A stretch of DNA of 64,000 nt. It comes from Felis catus. Its lineage: Eukaryota. The notes below the pieces were generated by a model. That model made no database searches. It saw nothing but the letters and a program-made list of their open reading frames with translations, and was not told where the DNA came from. A program made the translations under genes and the position numbers. The stretch is taken from contig NC_058369.1 in NCBI RefSeq assembly GCF_018350175.1, positions 3,226,001 to 3,290,000 on the forward strand, written 5' to 3'. Numbering within the stretch: position 1 is the stretch's first letter; every line of letters starts with the position of its first letter. Positions 10,911 to 21,692 of the stretch are shown one piece after another.

Positions 10911-11129
10911 GGGGCGCCTGGGTGGCGCAGTCGGTTAAGCGTCCGACTTCAGCCAGGTCACGATCTCGCGGTCCGTGAGTTCGAGCCCCGCGTCAGGCTC
11001 TGGGCTGATGGCTCAGAGCCTGGAGCCTGTTTCCGATTCTGTGTCTCCCTCTCTCTCTGCCCCTCCCCCATTCATACTCTGTCTCTCTCTGTCCCAAAAA
11101 TAAATAAACGTTGAAAAAAAAAATTTTAA
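10911..11129 (+). mobile_element. Young feline-type SINE (SINEC_Fc-like) with 15-bp TSD
   Basis: AAAAAGTGGTGTTAA at 10896-10910 and 11130-11144; near-consensus body. Confidence 0.92.
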
Positions 11130-11371
11130 AAAAAGTGGTGTTAACTCTTTGAATCTTTGGTACAATTCTCCATGTGGGCACGGAGATTTATTTTTGAGGA
11201 GTCTTAAAATTACAAATTCAATTTCCTTAATCATTATAGGGCAGCCTGGACTTTATACACATAGCAAAAAACAGCCTTTGCAATCCACTCAAGAGCCGTG
11301 TGACTTGGCAATCTTTTCATCTGATGAACTAATAAAGTTAATAACAATGCCTGCCATAAAGGGATGCCATA

Positions 11372-11585
11372 GGGGCACCTGGGTGGCTCAGTCAGTTGAG
11401 TGTCTGATTTCGGCTCGGGTCATGCTCCCGGGGTCCTGGGATAGAGCCCTGCATCAGGCTCCACACTGGGCGTGGAACCTGCTTGGGATTCTGTCTCTCT
11501 CTGCCTCTCCTCGACTAGTGCTCACACTTGCTCTCTCCCTCAAAAATGAATATTTTTAAAAAATTAAATTTAGTTAAAAATTTTT
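11372..11585 (+). mobile_element. Can-SINE, older copy
   Basis: GGGGCACCTGGGTGGCTCAGTCAGTTGAG head, CT tract, A-rich tail. Confidence 0.85.
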
Positions 11586-11905
11586 TCAAAAGGGGGTGCC
11601 ATAAATGGTTAATAAGGTCACAGCAGTGGGGCCAGTGTGGAAGGTGGATGAGGTGGAGGCTGTGGCTCAAGGTGATGACCAGGGCCCAGCTGGGAGGAGG
11701 AGGTCCGGTCCAGGATTTGGGGAACAGAGTCAAAGGAACGTGGCCAAGGACATGGGGGACTAAACTGAGGTCAAGAGTCCAGGGCTGCTGGGGAATGCCC
11801 AGTTGGTGGCTGGACCTGCGGTGGGGGGTGTCTGTGTGGGGAAACTGCAGCAGGAGGCGTGGGCTTGACAAAAAAAGAGTATTAATTCCCATTTGTCCAG
11901 TTCTT

Positions 11906-12148
11906 TTTTTTTTTAATGCATTTTTATTTTTTTTCCAACTTTTTTTATACATTTTTTATTTTTGGGACAGAGAGAGACAGAGCATGAACGGGGGAGGGGC
12001 AGAGAGAGAGGGAGACACAGAATCGGAAACGGGCTCCAGGCTCCGAGCCATCAGCCCAGGGCCTGACGCGGGGCTCGAACTCACGGACCGCGAGATCGTG
12101 ACCCGGCTGAAGTCGGACGCTTGACCGACTGCGCCACCCAGGCGCCCC
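11906..12148 (-). mobile_element. Young SINEC_Fc-like element with TSD
   Basis: CCATTTGTCCAG(T/C)TCTT at 11889-11905 and 12150-12166. Confidence 0.9.
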
Positions 12149-13566
12149 TCCATTTGTCCAGCTCTTAATTCTTGTGATGCCCCATTCGTTAACAACCTTC
12201 AGGGAGTCATCAGGATCGTCCCCATGGTGAAACAGAGACGCGGAGCCACTTGGCCAAAGTCACAGGGCTGGGATGTGGTGGACCAGGATCTGGAGCCAGG
12301 TCCGTTGATTGCAGACCACCGTCCCATAACATCCCCCCCTCCCCCAACGTCCCGTCCCCGCTTCCAAACTGGGCGGAGTACACCGGTCCGGGGTTGAGCC
12401 GAGCCCGTAACTCCCAGCAGTTTCGGAAAGGCCCCACCCCCGGCTTGCAGCCCTGCCAGGGCCTGGGGACTCCTAGTCCTGGGAGGTGCCGCTGCGCCTC
12501 AGAGCAAAGGTCTTGGGCCAGGGGCCAGGGACAAAGGACGGCACTGAAACCGACCCGCGAACACACAACTCAGCTCCGCCTCCGAGAGTCCGGCGCGAGG
12601 AGGCGTGGGAAGTCGGGGGGCGCGCCAGCCTGAGGGCACGTTCTGACCCGGGATCTGATTGGCTGGCACAGGACCACACTCTACAACTGAATGGATACGT
12701 GAGGCCCGGGGGCTCCTGTGATTGGCCGAGGGCTACGCGTTTGGCGGAAGCAGCGGTTTAACATTGATTGGCTGGAGGGAATCCCACGACTGCTGCCTAT
12801 TGGTTGAAGTTTAAATGACCCTCCTATAATTGGTTGTTGGGCTCCGCTTGGGCCCAACCGTGGAATCGGCCCAGGGGAATGGGAGTTAACCCTTTAGAGA
12901 CTGACGTCCGGCTCAGGAGCTTTATTTATTTTTATTATTACTTAAAATTTTTTATTTTTAAAGTAGTCTCTACACCCAACATGGAACTCGAACTTACAGC
13001 CCCGAGATCAACAGGCGCCTGCTTTACGGACTGAGCCAGCCGGGCGCTCCGCCTTGGGCGCTTTAGACCTTCCCCATTCGGCCTGCAGCCCCAGGGCGCT
13101 GTGGCTCGTTCTCCGGGGGTTTCTCCCCTGGTCTCCACAGCTGAGACTTCTGGTCCCTCAAGTGTCCCACCCCGCCCGGTCCTAGTGAACTGAGTCCCCC
13201 GCGCCCCCCAGCTCCGGGTCTAAATCCAATAACAGGCCGCCCCAGTGGAGCCACTAGTTCCCCGAAAGCGAAAGGCCCGGGGCCTCAGTTTCCCCGCTTG
13301 GTAGGTTGCCACGCGCCTCCCACGGAAGGTGGCCTCGAGCCTCCGTTTTCCCGATGGTCCCGGAGGGATGAGTCCCCGGCTCTGCCCGTGGACAGGCGCG
13401 AGGCCTCCGGGTCCCGGCTAGCACGGGCAGGCCGAGCCCCCCTCCCGCCCCCAGGCTGGGGCCCCTCCCCCTCGGGGCGGAGCCGTGTCACGTGCCGGGA
13501 AGAAAGAGCCAGCGGCGCGCAAGTCGCACGGGGCGCAGGGCGCGGGGCGCTTGGGGCGGAGCGGCC

Positions 13567-13573
13567 ATGGCAG
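13567..13573 (+). CDS. MPND: MPND coding exon 1 (ATGGCAG)
   Basis: GCGGCCATGG Kozak followed by GTACGG donor; splices in frame to give MAAPEPLSP. Confidence 0.88.
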
Positions 13574-13675
13574 GTACGGCGGGCCCGGCTGGGGGTCCGG
13601 GGGGGGGCGGGGGGTGGTAGAGAGGCCGGGGCGGTTGGGGGCGCGCGGCCCCTTGCAGCTTGTCGCTGCCCGCAG

Positions 13676-13968
13676 CTCCGGAGCCGCTGTCCCCGGCGGG
13701 TGGCGCGGGCGAGGAGGCACCGGATGAGGACGAGGACGAGGCAGAGGCCGAGGACCCCGAGAGGCCGGCTGGAGCTGGCGGCGCGCGCAGCGGAGGCGGC
13801 GGGGGCGGGGGCGGCGGCGGCGGCGGCGGCGGGGCCGGAGCCGGGGCGGGCCCGGGGGGCTGCGGCGGGCCCGGGGGCGCGCTCACCCGGCGCGCGGTCA
13901 CGCTGCGGGTGCTCCTCAAAGATGCGCTACTGGAGCCCGGCGCCGGGGTGCTGTCCATCTACTACTTG
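13676..13968 (+). CDS. MPND: MPND exon 2 (APEPLSPAGGAGEEAPDEDEDE...poly-Gly...LLEPGAGVLSIYYL)
   Basis: CGCAG acceptor, GTGAG donor, 293 nt. Confidence 0.95.
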
Positions 13969-14703
13969 GTGAGCGTCCCCTACCCCCCATCCCGTCCGGC
14001 TGGGGCAGGAGGGGGAAACTGAGGCCCAGAGCTCTCCTCCCACCGGCCAAGCCCAGGTGTGGGGAGGGGAAATTGAAACAAGCATCCAGACCCAGCACGA
14101 ACCCTTCTGGGCTGCAGGGCATCGTTTACCAAACAGCCCATTCCACAGAGGAGAAACTGAGGCTCGGAGAGGACACCCCCGCTTTCCTGGCTGTGTGACC
14201 TTACTCAACCTCTCCATAACCTGGTTTCCTCATCTATAAAATGGCTTTTTATTTTTCCTGTCGCGGGGTTGTAGGAGGGTCAACGGAATACAGCGCCCAG
14301 CAGGCAGCCTGCTACACTATGCTTTACACGTTTGCTGCTGTTTCCTTGGGCCTTGTGAGTGGGGGCAGTTCATGAATGGAGCACTTGCTGTGTGCCAGGC
14401 TGTGTGCTGTGTGTTAGGGACCAAGCAGGCCCTGTCCCTGCCCTTTGGGGGCTCACGGTCCAGTGAGCGGGTGGGCAGACACAGAGCTGGGCAGTTTTAA
14501 TCCAGGCTGATGAGGACTGACTGTGGACATACAGGGACCGGGAGGCATGTAAGCTGGTCAGTTTCCTGGGAGGGATGCTGTGGGCAGAGGTGGGTGCCAA
14601 GCTCCGGGGAGCAGGGCGGGGGGGGGGGGAGTCAGGGAGGACTTCCTGGAGGTGGCTTGGTGGGTACCAGGGCCTGGGTGCAGCCAGGCTGCTGTTACTG
14701 CAG

Positions 14704-14940
14704 GGGAAGAAGTTCATGGGAGACCTACAGCCCGACGGGAGGATCGTGTGGCAGGAGACGGGACAGGTGTTCAACTCACCCAGCGCCTGGGCCACCCACT
14801 GCAAGAAGCTGGTGAACCCGGCCAAGAAGTCCGGCTGTGGCTGGGCCTCTGTCAAGTACAAGGGCCAGAAACTGGACAAGTACAAGGCGGCCTGGCTCCG
14901 GCGACACCAGCTGCACATTCCCACGGCTGCTGCCGATGAG
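14704..14940 (+). CDS. MPND: MPND exon 3 (GKKFMGDLQPDG...TAAADE), RAMA domain
   Basis: TGCAG acceptor, GTGCGT donor, 237 nt. Confidence 0.96.
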
Positions 14941-15465
14941 GTGCGTCCCTCAGCCTCCTGAAGCGCTGTTGGATAAGGAGTACCCAGAGTGAGCACATTG
15001 GAGCTGGGGCCCTGTGGGATGACCAGGAGTTTGTCAGAGCGAGGCGAAGGGAGCCAAAGACCGCAGAGCTGCGGAGGTAGGAAGCCACACAGCGCTTGGG
15101 GAACCATGATCAGTGGATACAGCCTGAGGCTCACGTGTCTTAAGCAGCTGAGGGGACTGGAGACAGTGGCAGGGACCAGATCGGGGAGAGTTTCTAATGC
15201 TATGATAGTAATAACATCTTTGAATATTCACCAGCTGGTGAGCTTGGCCTAGGGTCGTCTCTGGGTGCTAATTCTCCTTCGTATGTAAATGAAGATGCTA
15301 ACAGTATCCGTATGTATCGTATATGTATATCTTGTTGGCAGATCGGAAATATGCAGGGCCGATGTCAGGCTGGAAACAGGCGGGAGGACTTGGGCTTTTT
15401 CCCTGAGGTGGGTGGGAGCCCAGGAAGGCAGAGAGGATGGGCAGACCTGACTCAGGTGCCCACAC

Positions 15466-15482
15466 GCGCCCCCTGGTGGCCG
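15466..15482 (-). promoter_or_regulatory. Candidate CTCF site in MPND intron 3
   Basis: Minus strand CGGCCACCAGGGGGCGC is a near-consensus CTCF core; occupancy unknown. Confidence 0.6.
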
Positions 15483-16622
15483 CCGTCTGGCACAAAGACT
15501 GGGGGGTGGCCCGGGTGAAAGTTGGGGACCAGGACGCAGGTGACAGAACGTGGTCCGGGCGGGAGATGATGGGGTGGGCCGGGCGGACAATTGATGGATC
15601 AAGAAGCGGGCAAGTTTTGGCTGATTTTGAAAGTGGATCTCACGGGATTTGCGGTTGCATCAGATAGATGTTGGTGTTAAGAGATGTTTTGTTCCGAGCA
15701 AGTGGATGGATGAGGCTGCCATGGGGATTGGGGAGGACTGGGGGACAGTCAGGTGCGGCGTGGTTATAGAGCTGAGTGGAGGTGCCTGGGAGCACCCCCG
15801 CCCCCCCCGCCCTGCCGAGACTTCCAGGATCAGCCAGACGCTGAGTCTGGAGCTCAGAGGAGGCTTGGGCTGGAGATAGGACTGTGGGGGTGGTCAGGCC
15901 AGAGACAGGGTTCCAGTCCCAAGAGTGGAGGAGACTGCCCCGGAGGGGAGCAGGTAGGGAGACAAGAAACCCGAGGACCCAGCCTGCACACCGGGGAGGG
16001 GTGGGAGACGGAGGGGACTGGAGAGATGGGAGGGAAGCTGGGTCCCTGGGGCGCTCCCAGAAGAAGGAGCCAGGACCAGCCAGACCCTGCGGCGAGGAGG
16101 AAGAGTACAGAGACCATGTGCCTGTTGGGTTTTGGACACTGAGAGGTCACCCCAGCAGGGGCAGGTGAGGGCAGATCAGGAGAGATTATTGAGAGAATCT
16201 GGTAAAATAATCCCTATAAGCACTTGCTTGCTCAGTGAATGGATCGACAGGAGGTGTGCTAATTGCCTTGCAGGCATTATTTGATTTCACCCTGATGCTG
16301 TCCCTATGCGCTGGAGGTCATTAGCCCCTTTTTACAGATGAGGAGAACAGAGCTCAGAGAGGTTAAGGGCGCTTGCTAGAAGCTGCACAGCTAGTAAAAG
16401 CGGAGGAGAGGTTTGAAACTCCGCCCGGCAGCTGCTGGAAGGTGCTCAGATCTGAGCGGCACCAGGACCTCAGGCCGCCTGTGCTCACTCGCTCCCTCTA
16501 GTGGGCCCCTGGGGCAATGACAGGACCCTAAGGCCAGCTGAAGGTCTGAGTGGAACTTGGTGAGGAGGGTGGGTGGCACCCAGCTGAGGGTCCTGCCGCC
16601 CACCCCGCCCCGCCCCCACCAG

Positions 16623-16755
16623 AGCCCGGCCAGTGAAGGGGAGGAGGAGGAGCTGTTGATGGAGGAAGAAGAGGAGGAGGTTCTGGCAGGGGTCTCCACT
16701 GAGGACAAGAGTCGGAGGCTACCTGCCAAGGGACCCTTGGAGCCTGCGCACCCAG
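16623..16755 (+). CDS. MPND: MPND exon 4 (SPASEGEEEELLMEEEEEE...EPAHP)
   Basis: ACCAG acceptor, GTGAG donor, 133 nt. Confidence 0.94.
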
Positions 16756-16911
16756 GTGAGAGGCTTAGAGGAGGGCAGGAGGCGGGCAGAACTCGGGTGA
16801 GGAGGTGGCTTGGGGGGGGGGGCAGATCTTGCGTTTTTCTCAGCACTCCCAACATGCCTGGCAGACTTCCTAGTTCTACTGCCTAATTTCTTTCTCGTGG
16901 CCTGACTTCTT

Positions 16912-17122
16912 CTTTTTTTTTTTTTTTTTTAATGTTTATTTATTTTAAGAGAGAGAGAGATCGTGAGCAGGGGAGGGGTGGGGGGAGGGGAACAATCCCA
17001 AGCAGGCTCTGTGCAGTCAGTGCAGAGCCTGAGTCAGGGCTCAACCCACAAACACTGAGATCATGACCTGAGCCGCAGTCAAGAGTCTGGTGCTCAACGG
17101 ACTGAGCCCCCCAGCGCCCCCC
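16912..17122 (-). mobile_element. Can-SINE in MPND intron 4
   Basis: T-tail, GA tract, ...ACTGAGCCCCCCAGCGCCCC. Confidence 0.85.
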
Positions 17123-17479
17123 CACCGCCCTGCCTGGCTTCTTAAGCTCTAATGCTGGATTCCTTGGTCCCATGGCCCGATTTCTTCACTATGCTGCCTG
17201 ATTTCCACGCTCCCCTATAGGATTTCGCTGCCTCAGTGCCTGGTTCCTTTGGCCCCCTGCCTGGTTTCCTGGGGTCCTTCCCTGATTTCCTAAGCCCTTC
17301 CTCTGGTATTTTAATCTCCTTTTTCCCAGTTTGTTAACCTGCCACCTGATCTCTCCGTTCTGGGGCCTGGTTTTTAAAGCTGCCTCTGGAGGTTTTTTCT
17401 GGGGCCGCCTTGTTCTTGTTTTCCACTTCTGGGCTGGGAGGGATTGAGGCTGCCTTTTCCCCCCTCGCCCGCCCCACAG

Positions 17480-17564
17480 AGGCCGTGCCCCCCGGGAAGC
17501 GGGTGGAAAACAAGATCCGGGTGCCTGTGCGGTATTGCATGCTGGGCAGTCGAGACTCTGCCAG
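17480..17564 (+). CDS. MPND: MPND exon 5 (EAVPPGKRVENKIRVPVRYCMLGSRDSA)
   Basis: CACAG acceptor, GTCAG donor, 85 nt. Confidence 0.93.
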
Positions 17565-17736
17565 GTCAGACACACCCTGTGCCTGCCACACCCCCGCCCC
17601 CAGGTTTCACTAGCTCTTGCGGGTATGGGGTGGGGGGGGGACACAAGGCCTCACATCCTCAGCGCTGGCTCTGGGGGCCGGGGGAGCTAGCTCGGGGCTG
17701 AGTTCCTGAAGCTGTGGGACCCTCTGGCTCCTACAG

Positions 17737-17833
17737 GAACCCCCACACCCTGGTGGAAGTAACATCCTTCGCTGCCATCAACAAGTTCCAGCCGTTCAAC
17801 GTGGCCATCTCCAGCAACGTGCTGTTCCTGCTG
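17737..17833 (+). CDS. MPND: MPND exon 6 (RNPHTLVEVTSFAAINKFQPFNVAISSNVLFLL)
   Basis: TACAG acceptor, GTGTGT donor, 97 nt. Confidence 0.95.
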
Positions 17834-18115
17834 GTGTGTGCCCAGCCGTCACCTTGTCCCTTGAGGGCCAAGGGCCAGACCTGGGCAGGTGGCTGGGGCA
17901 CCTGGAAGGGGTCCCTGGGAGGTTGGCCCTTATGAGGGCAGGGACCTTTTCTGTTTTGTTCACTGCTGCTAAACAGTAGGCACTCAATCAGTGAACGAAG
18001 GAGGAGGCCGGTGGGGGGTGGTCCCGGCACATTGCAAGGGCTCTGGCCCCGAGGAGAGGCGCTTGGGGCTGGGCCGCCGCCTGAGCCGCTCTTCTGGTGT
18101 CCGTCCCCTCCCCAG

Positions 18116-18188
18116 GACTTCCACAGCCACCTGACTCGAAGCGAGGTCGTGGGGTACCTGGGGGGCCGCTGGGACATCAACAGCCAGA
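18116..18188 (+). CDS. MPND: MPND exon 7 (DFHSHLTRSEVVGYLGGRWDINSQ)
   Basis: CCCAG acceptor, GTGGGT donor, 73 nt. Confidence 0.95.
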
Positions 18189-18268
18189 GTGGGTATTTGG
18201 GGCCAGGTGGGCAGGGGGGTGTCTGGGGCTGGGGTTGATGTCTACACCTTCTCTTCGCCTCTGCACAG

Positions 18269-18345
18269 TGCTCACGGTGCTGAGAGCCTTCCCCTGTCGG
18301 AGCCGGCTGGGGGACGCGGATATGGCGGCCACCATGGAAGAGGAG
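18269..18345 (+). CDS. MPND: MPND exon 8 (MLTVLRAFPCRSRLGDADMAATMEEE)
   Basis: CACAG acceptor, GTGAG donor, 77 nt. Confidence 0.95.
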
Positions 18346-19158
18346 GTGAGGGGGTGCGGGGGGTCAGGGCGTTGTAGGGAGGGCTCGTGTGGACACAGCT
18401 GTCCTGGCTACCCTGTCCCGGTGGCCAGTAGTGCAAAAACGAGCCTGCGGAAGAGTATGTGTGAGCGCCCGCCCCGTGGCTGTGACCCTGTCCGTGGTCC
18501 TGCTTCCTCTGCGCAGGTGGCCCGCCCTCTTTACCCCGAGCCTCGGTTTCCAGGCCGTGCCTGGCACGTAGTAAGAGCCCAGCGAATATTAGCTGCCATT
18601 CTCAACAGCGGTGTCATAGTGGTGCTTTGTATGTGCCTGGCGCTGTGCAACGCGCACCACACCCACCTTCTGGCACCCGCAGTGACCCATGGGGACAGGC
18701 GAATAGGTGCGGATTCTGCACGCACGTCTCTCGGCCCGCCTCTTTCTTGCTCCTTAACGCCAGCACTTGCCTCTGCTTGCTGAAGGCATCCAGAAATGCC
18801 TGCTCCCGCCCAAGTGCACACACACATCCTCCTATCTGTTTAACTGTTTGAGTGCCCGCTGCGAGCCAGGAATTGGCGATGCGGCCTGCCTAAAATAAAC
18901 GTTTGCCTCTGCTTTGTGACAGGCGCATCTTTTTGTGTATTTGTTGACTGTCCCCCCTCCCCTGGCCTCCTAGAGGGAGGGGGAGGGCTCTGTCCTGGTG
19001 CCGCTGTGTCCCCAGGCCAGGCACACGGCAGGCACGTATTAAGTGCTGGCCTCGAATGGGGATGGGATGCGGCAGGTGCGCTGGCGGCTGGGAGGGGTGA
19101 GCGCGCGCGAGGGCTGGGGGAGCCCCCGGCTCTACCGCAGCCTCGCCTGTGCCCCCAG

Positions 19159-19327
19159 ATCTACCAGAGCCTGCTCCTGCGGGGCCTGTCCCTGGTGGGC
19201 TGGTACCACAGCCACCCGCACAGCCCCGCGCTCCCGTCGCTGCAGGACATCGACTCGCAGATGGACTACCAGCTGCGGCTGCAGGGCTCCAGCAACGGCT
19301 TCCAGCCCTGCCTCGCCCTGCTCTGCG
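19159..19327 (+). CDS. MPND: MPND exon 9 (IYQSLLLRGLSLVGWYHSHPHSPALPSLQD...CLALLC), JAMM motif
   Basis: CCCAG acceptor, GTAAG donor, 169 nt. Confidence 0.96.
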
Positions 19328-19452
19328 GTAAGGCCTGGGCCGCGCGCGTGCGCATGCGTGCGTCCGGCGCGTGCGTCCGTGCGCGCGCGCGCGTGGCGCT
19401 TCGGGGCCGCCGACCCCTCCAGGCCGTCGCCACTCTCGCTGTCCTCCCGCAG

Positions 19453-19523
19453 CCCCTTACTACTCTGGCAACCCGGGCCCCGAGTCTAAGATCTCCCCCT
19501 TCTGGGTGATGCCGCCCCCCGAG
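19453..19523 (+). CDS. MPND: MPND exon 10 (APYYSGNPGPESKISPFWVMPPPE)
   Basis: CGCAG acceptor, GTAGG donor, 71 nt. Confidence 0.95.
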
Positions 19524-20021
19524 GTAGGCGGGGCTGTGGGGGGAGGGCAGGGTTGCGGCGCTGCGGGCCAGGAGGGGCCTGTCGATGGTCCGTGGCCAGG
19601 ACTCTGGTTCTGGGCTCATTTAGGGGATCGGGGACCTCCGTTTCCCCCCGTGAAATGGGACCATAACCGTCGCGCTGTCCCGGGCTCCCCGAGAGGGCCT
19701 GGATGTTGAAAAGGCGCGGGCATCACGTGGAGCCCTTGTTACTAACACGGCCTCCCTCCCCAACTCTGCCCAGTGCCATTCCCCACATCTGTCCCGGGGT
19801 CAGAAATCGGGCTTGGGAAGCCATTCCCGGGTGCGTGGCTCGCTTGGCGGCCTCTCTTGCTGGGGGCAGGGCCACGCCGCCTCCGGAGTCGCACCGCAGC
19901 CTTCTGTGGAGGACCCACGTGGCTCTGAACCTGGTCGCAGTGTGATTCTCTGACTGCTGGCCCAGGACGCATCCCCTCGTGGGATCAGAGGCTGGGCGTG
20001 ACTGGCTCCTGTCCCTGCCAG

Positions 20022-20111
20022 CAAAGGCCCAGTGACTACGGCATCCCCATGGACGTGGAGATGGCCTACATCCAGGACAACTTCCTGACTAATGACATCC
20101 TTCATGAGATG
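20022..20111 (+). CDS. MPND: MPND exon 11 (QRPSDYGIPMDVEMAYIQDNFLTNDILHEM), symmetric 90-nt exon
   Basis: GCCAG acceptor, GTGAG donor, phase 0-0; not in the ORF track, translated by hand. Confidence 0.9.
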
Positions 20112-20794
20112 GTGAGCTCACTCCCGGGTGGGGCGCACAGGGCCCCTGAGAGGGGCGGGTGGGGCTGAAGGACCCCGCTGGACGGTGGCCAGACTGCAGG
20201 ACTCAGGGTGGCTGAATGCGCCACGTCTGGGCATAGGCCAGACTCCTCGTCCGGGGCTGAAAATCACCTGTGGCTTTAGGCTCAAGTCCCTGATCCTTGC
20301 CCACCTGCTCCCCCAACCTGGCCTTGCTGTTCTGGAAGTTACCGGAGGTGCCCCCGCCTCGGGCCTCTGCACCTGCACTGATTCTCCAAATGGAGGCACG
20401 TGAGGGGACTTGAGGTGGTCCCCCAGCTGTTTTTTAGTGTCGATGTTCCAAATGGCGTTTGAAAAAAGCTAGTTGGTCACACCTGTGGGATCCCGGATAC
20501 TGTTTGGATGAGGCTGCGCAAGGGGTCCGTGTCAGGCTTGTGCGACACTCGGGGCCCTTCCCTCTCACACACTCAGTGTGCCTCCCTCTGCCTGGGGCTA
20601 CTTCGGTGCCCCTCCAGGGGCCTCCTGCTGAGCTCCCTGGTGGCACTCCTCAGTGGGTGGTCTCCCTTGGGGTCCTGGGTGCCTACGTGCCATATGGGAC
20701 TGAAGCCCCACAGGCTGCCCACCGCTGTATCCCTGGCACCTGGCACGGGTGGGAGGGCAGGAGCGAGGAGTCCCATCGGCCCCCCGTCCCCCAG

Positions 20795-20887
20795 ATGCTG
20801 CTGGTGGAATTCTACAAGGGCGCCCCTGACCTCGTGAGGTTCCAGGAGCCCTGGAGCCAGGAGCACACGTACCTCGACAAGCTGAAG
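20795..20887 (+). CDS. MPND: MPND exon 12 (MLLVEFYKGAPDLVRFQEPWSQEHTYLDKLK)
   Basis: CCCAG acceptor, GTAAG donor, 93 nt. Confidence 0.95.
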
Positions 20888-21692
20888 GTAAGACTCGTGT
20901 CCCCTGTCTCGTGCAGACTCCGTAGGAAGACAATGTGGGGGGAGCCCGCGAGAATCCACCCGCGGGCAGCCTGAGAAACAGTGTCCTAAGTTCCGTGTTA
21001 TTGCAGCTGGGTGTCAATGCTGCCAACAGCCTTGTTGGGTCACAGCTGGGGGGTGACGGTGACGGGGAGAGCTATTCGAGAGCAGCTAGAAAGGGGAGAA
21101 CCCGCAGACCCTGGGCCGTGGGGATGGAGAAGCCACACTGGGCCCTATGTCACGGCGTGGGCGCCCACCCGAGCGCACAAGGGGCCGGGGTCCGATTCAG
21201 AGCCTCAAGCGCCGGCAGAGCTGAGGCGAGCAGAGGTCTCTCCAGCTCGCCGGCCCTGCAGCCAGTGGGACGCCGCGGGGCTCGGCGGCCTCGGGGGTGT
21301 CTGACTGGCTTCCTGCCTTGTAGAGAAATGCAGTTTTGCACGTTTGCTTGTTTTGCTCAAACTTCAAGAGTGACCAGAGCTTCCGGCTGCCACGGATCAC
21401 TTCCACCCCGTTGCTGGGCTGGCGGGGCGGGGAGCAGCCCCCGGCGCAGAGGGTGTGAGAGCCTAGGCAGGAGGCAGCTAGGAAGAGAGTAGGATTTGGA
21501 GTGTGCAGATAGTCCTCCTCTCTCCAAACCCAGAACATTCCGCGTGAGCAGGCCTCCTCATCTAAACATAAAACTTTGTCTTGGGGACGCTACCGTGTGG
21601 GTCGGTTAGGAGAGCCTCTGCCCGGATGGAGGGGAGCCGTGGGGCCAGGACCACCGGGCACAGCCCTGAGGCACCGGCCCTGCTCCTTTCAG

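Larger units (their letters stand above)
9520..11240 (-). mobile_element. Old LINE-1 ORF2-region fragment (antisense), interrupted by an MLT1 LTR and SINEs
   Basis: TCATCTGCAAACAGGG...TTCCTTTCCAATC...CCTTATTGCATTGGCT; ORF 9547..9765(-) gives degenerate L1 RT-like peptide NIVLDAERLDAFP..TGQGC. Confidence 0.75.
12560..14000. promoter_or_regulatory. MPND promoter CpG island with upstream CCAAT cluster
   Basis: Dense CpG; GC boxes; E-box GTCACGTG near 13487; five ATTGG at 12658, 12721, 12767, 12799, 12829. Confidence 0.8.

Noticed and set aside
13651..13658. Alternative acceptor CCTTGCAG 17 nt upstream of MPND exon 2
   Set aside because: Use would frameshift the CDS; no support from sequence alone.
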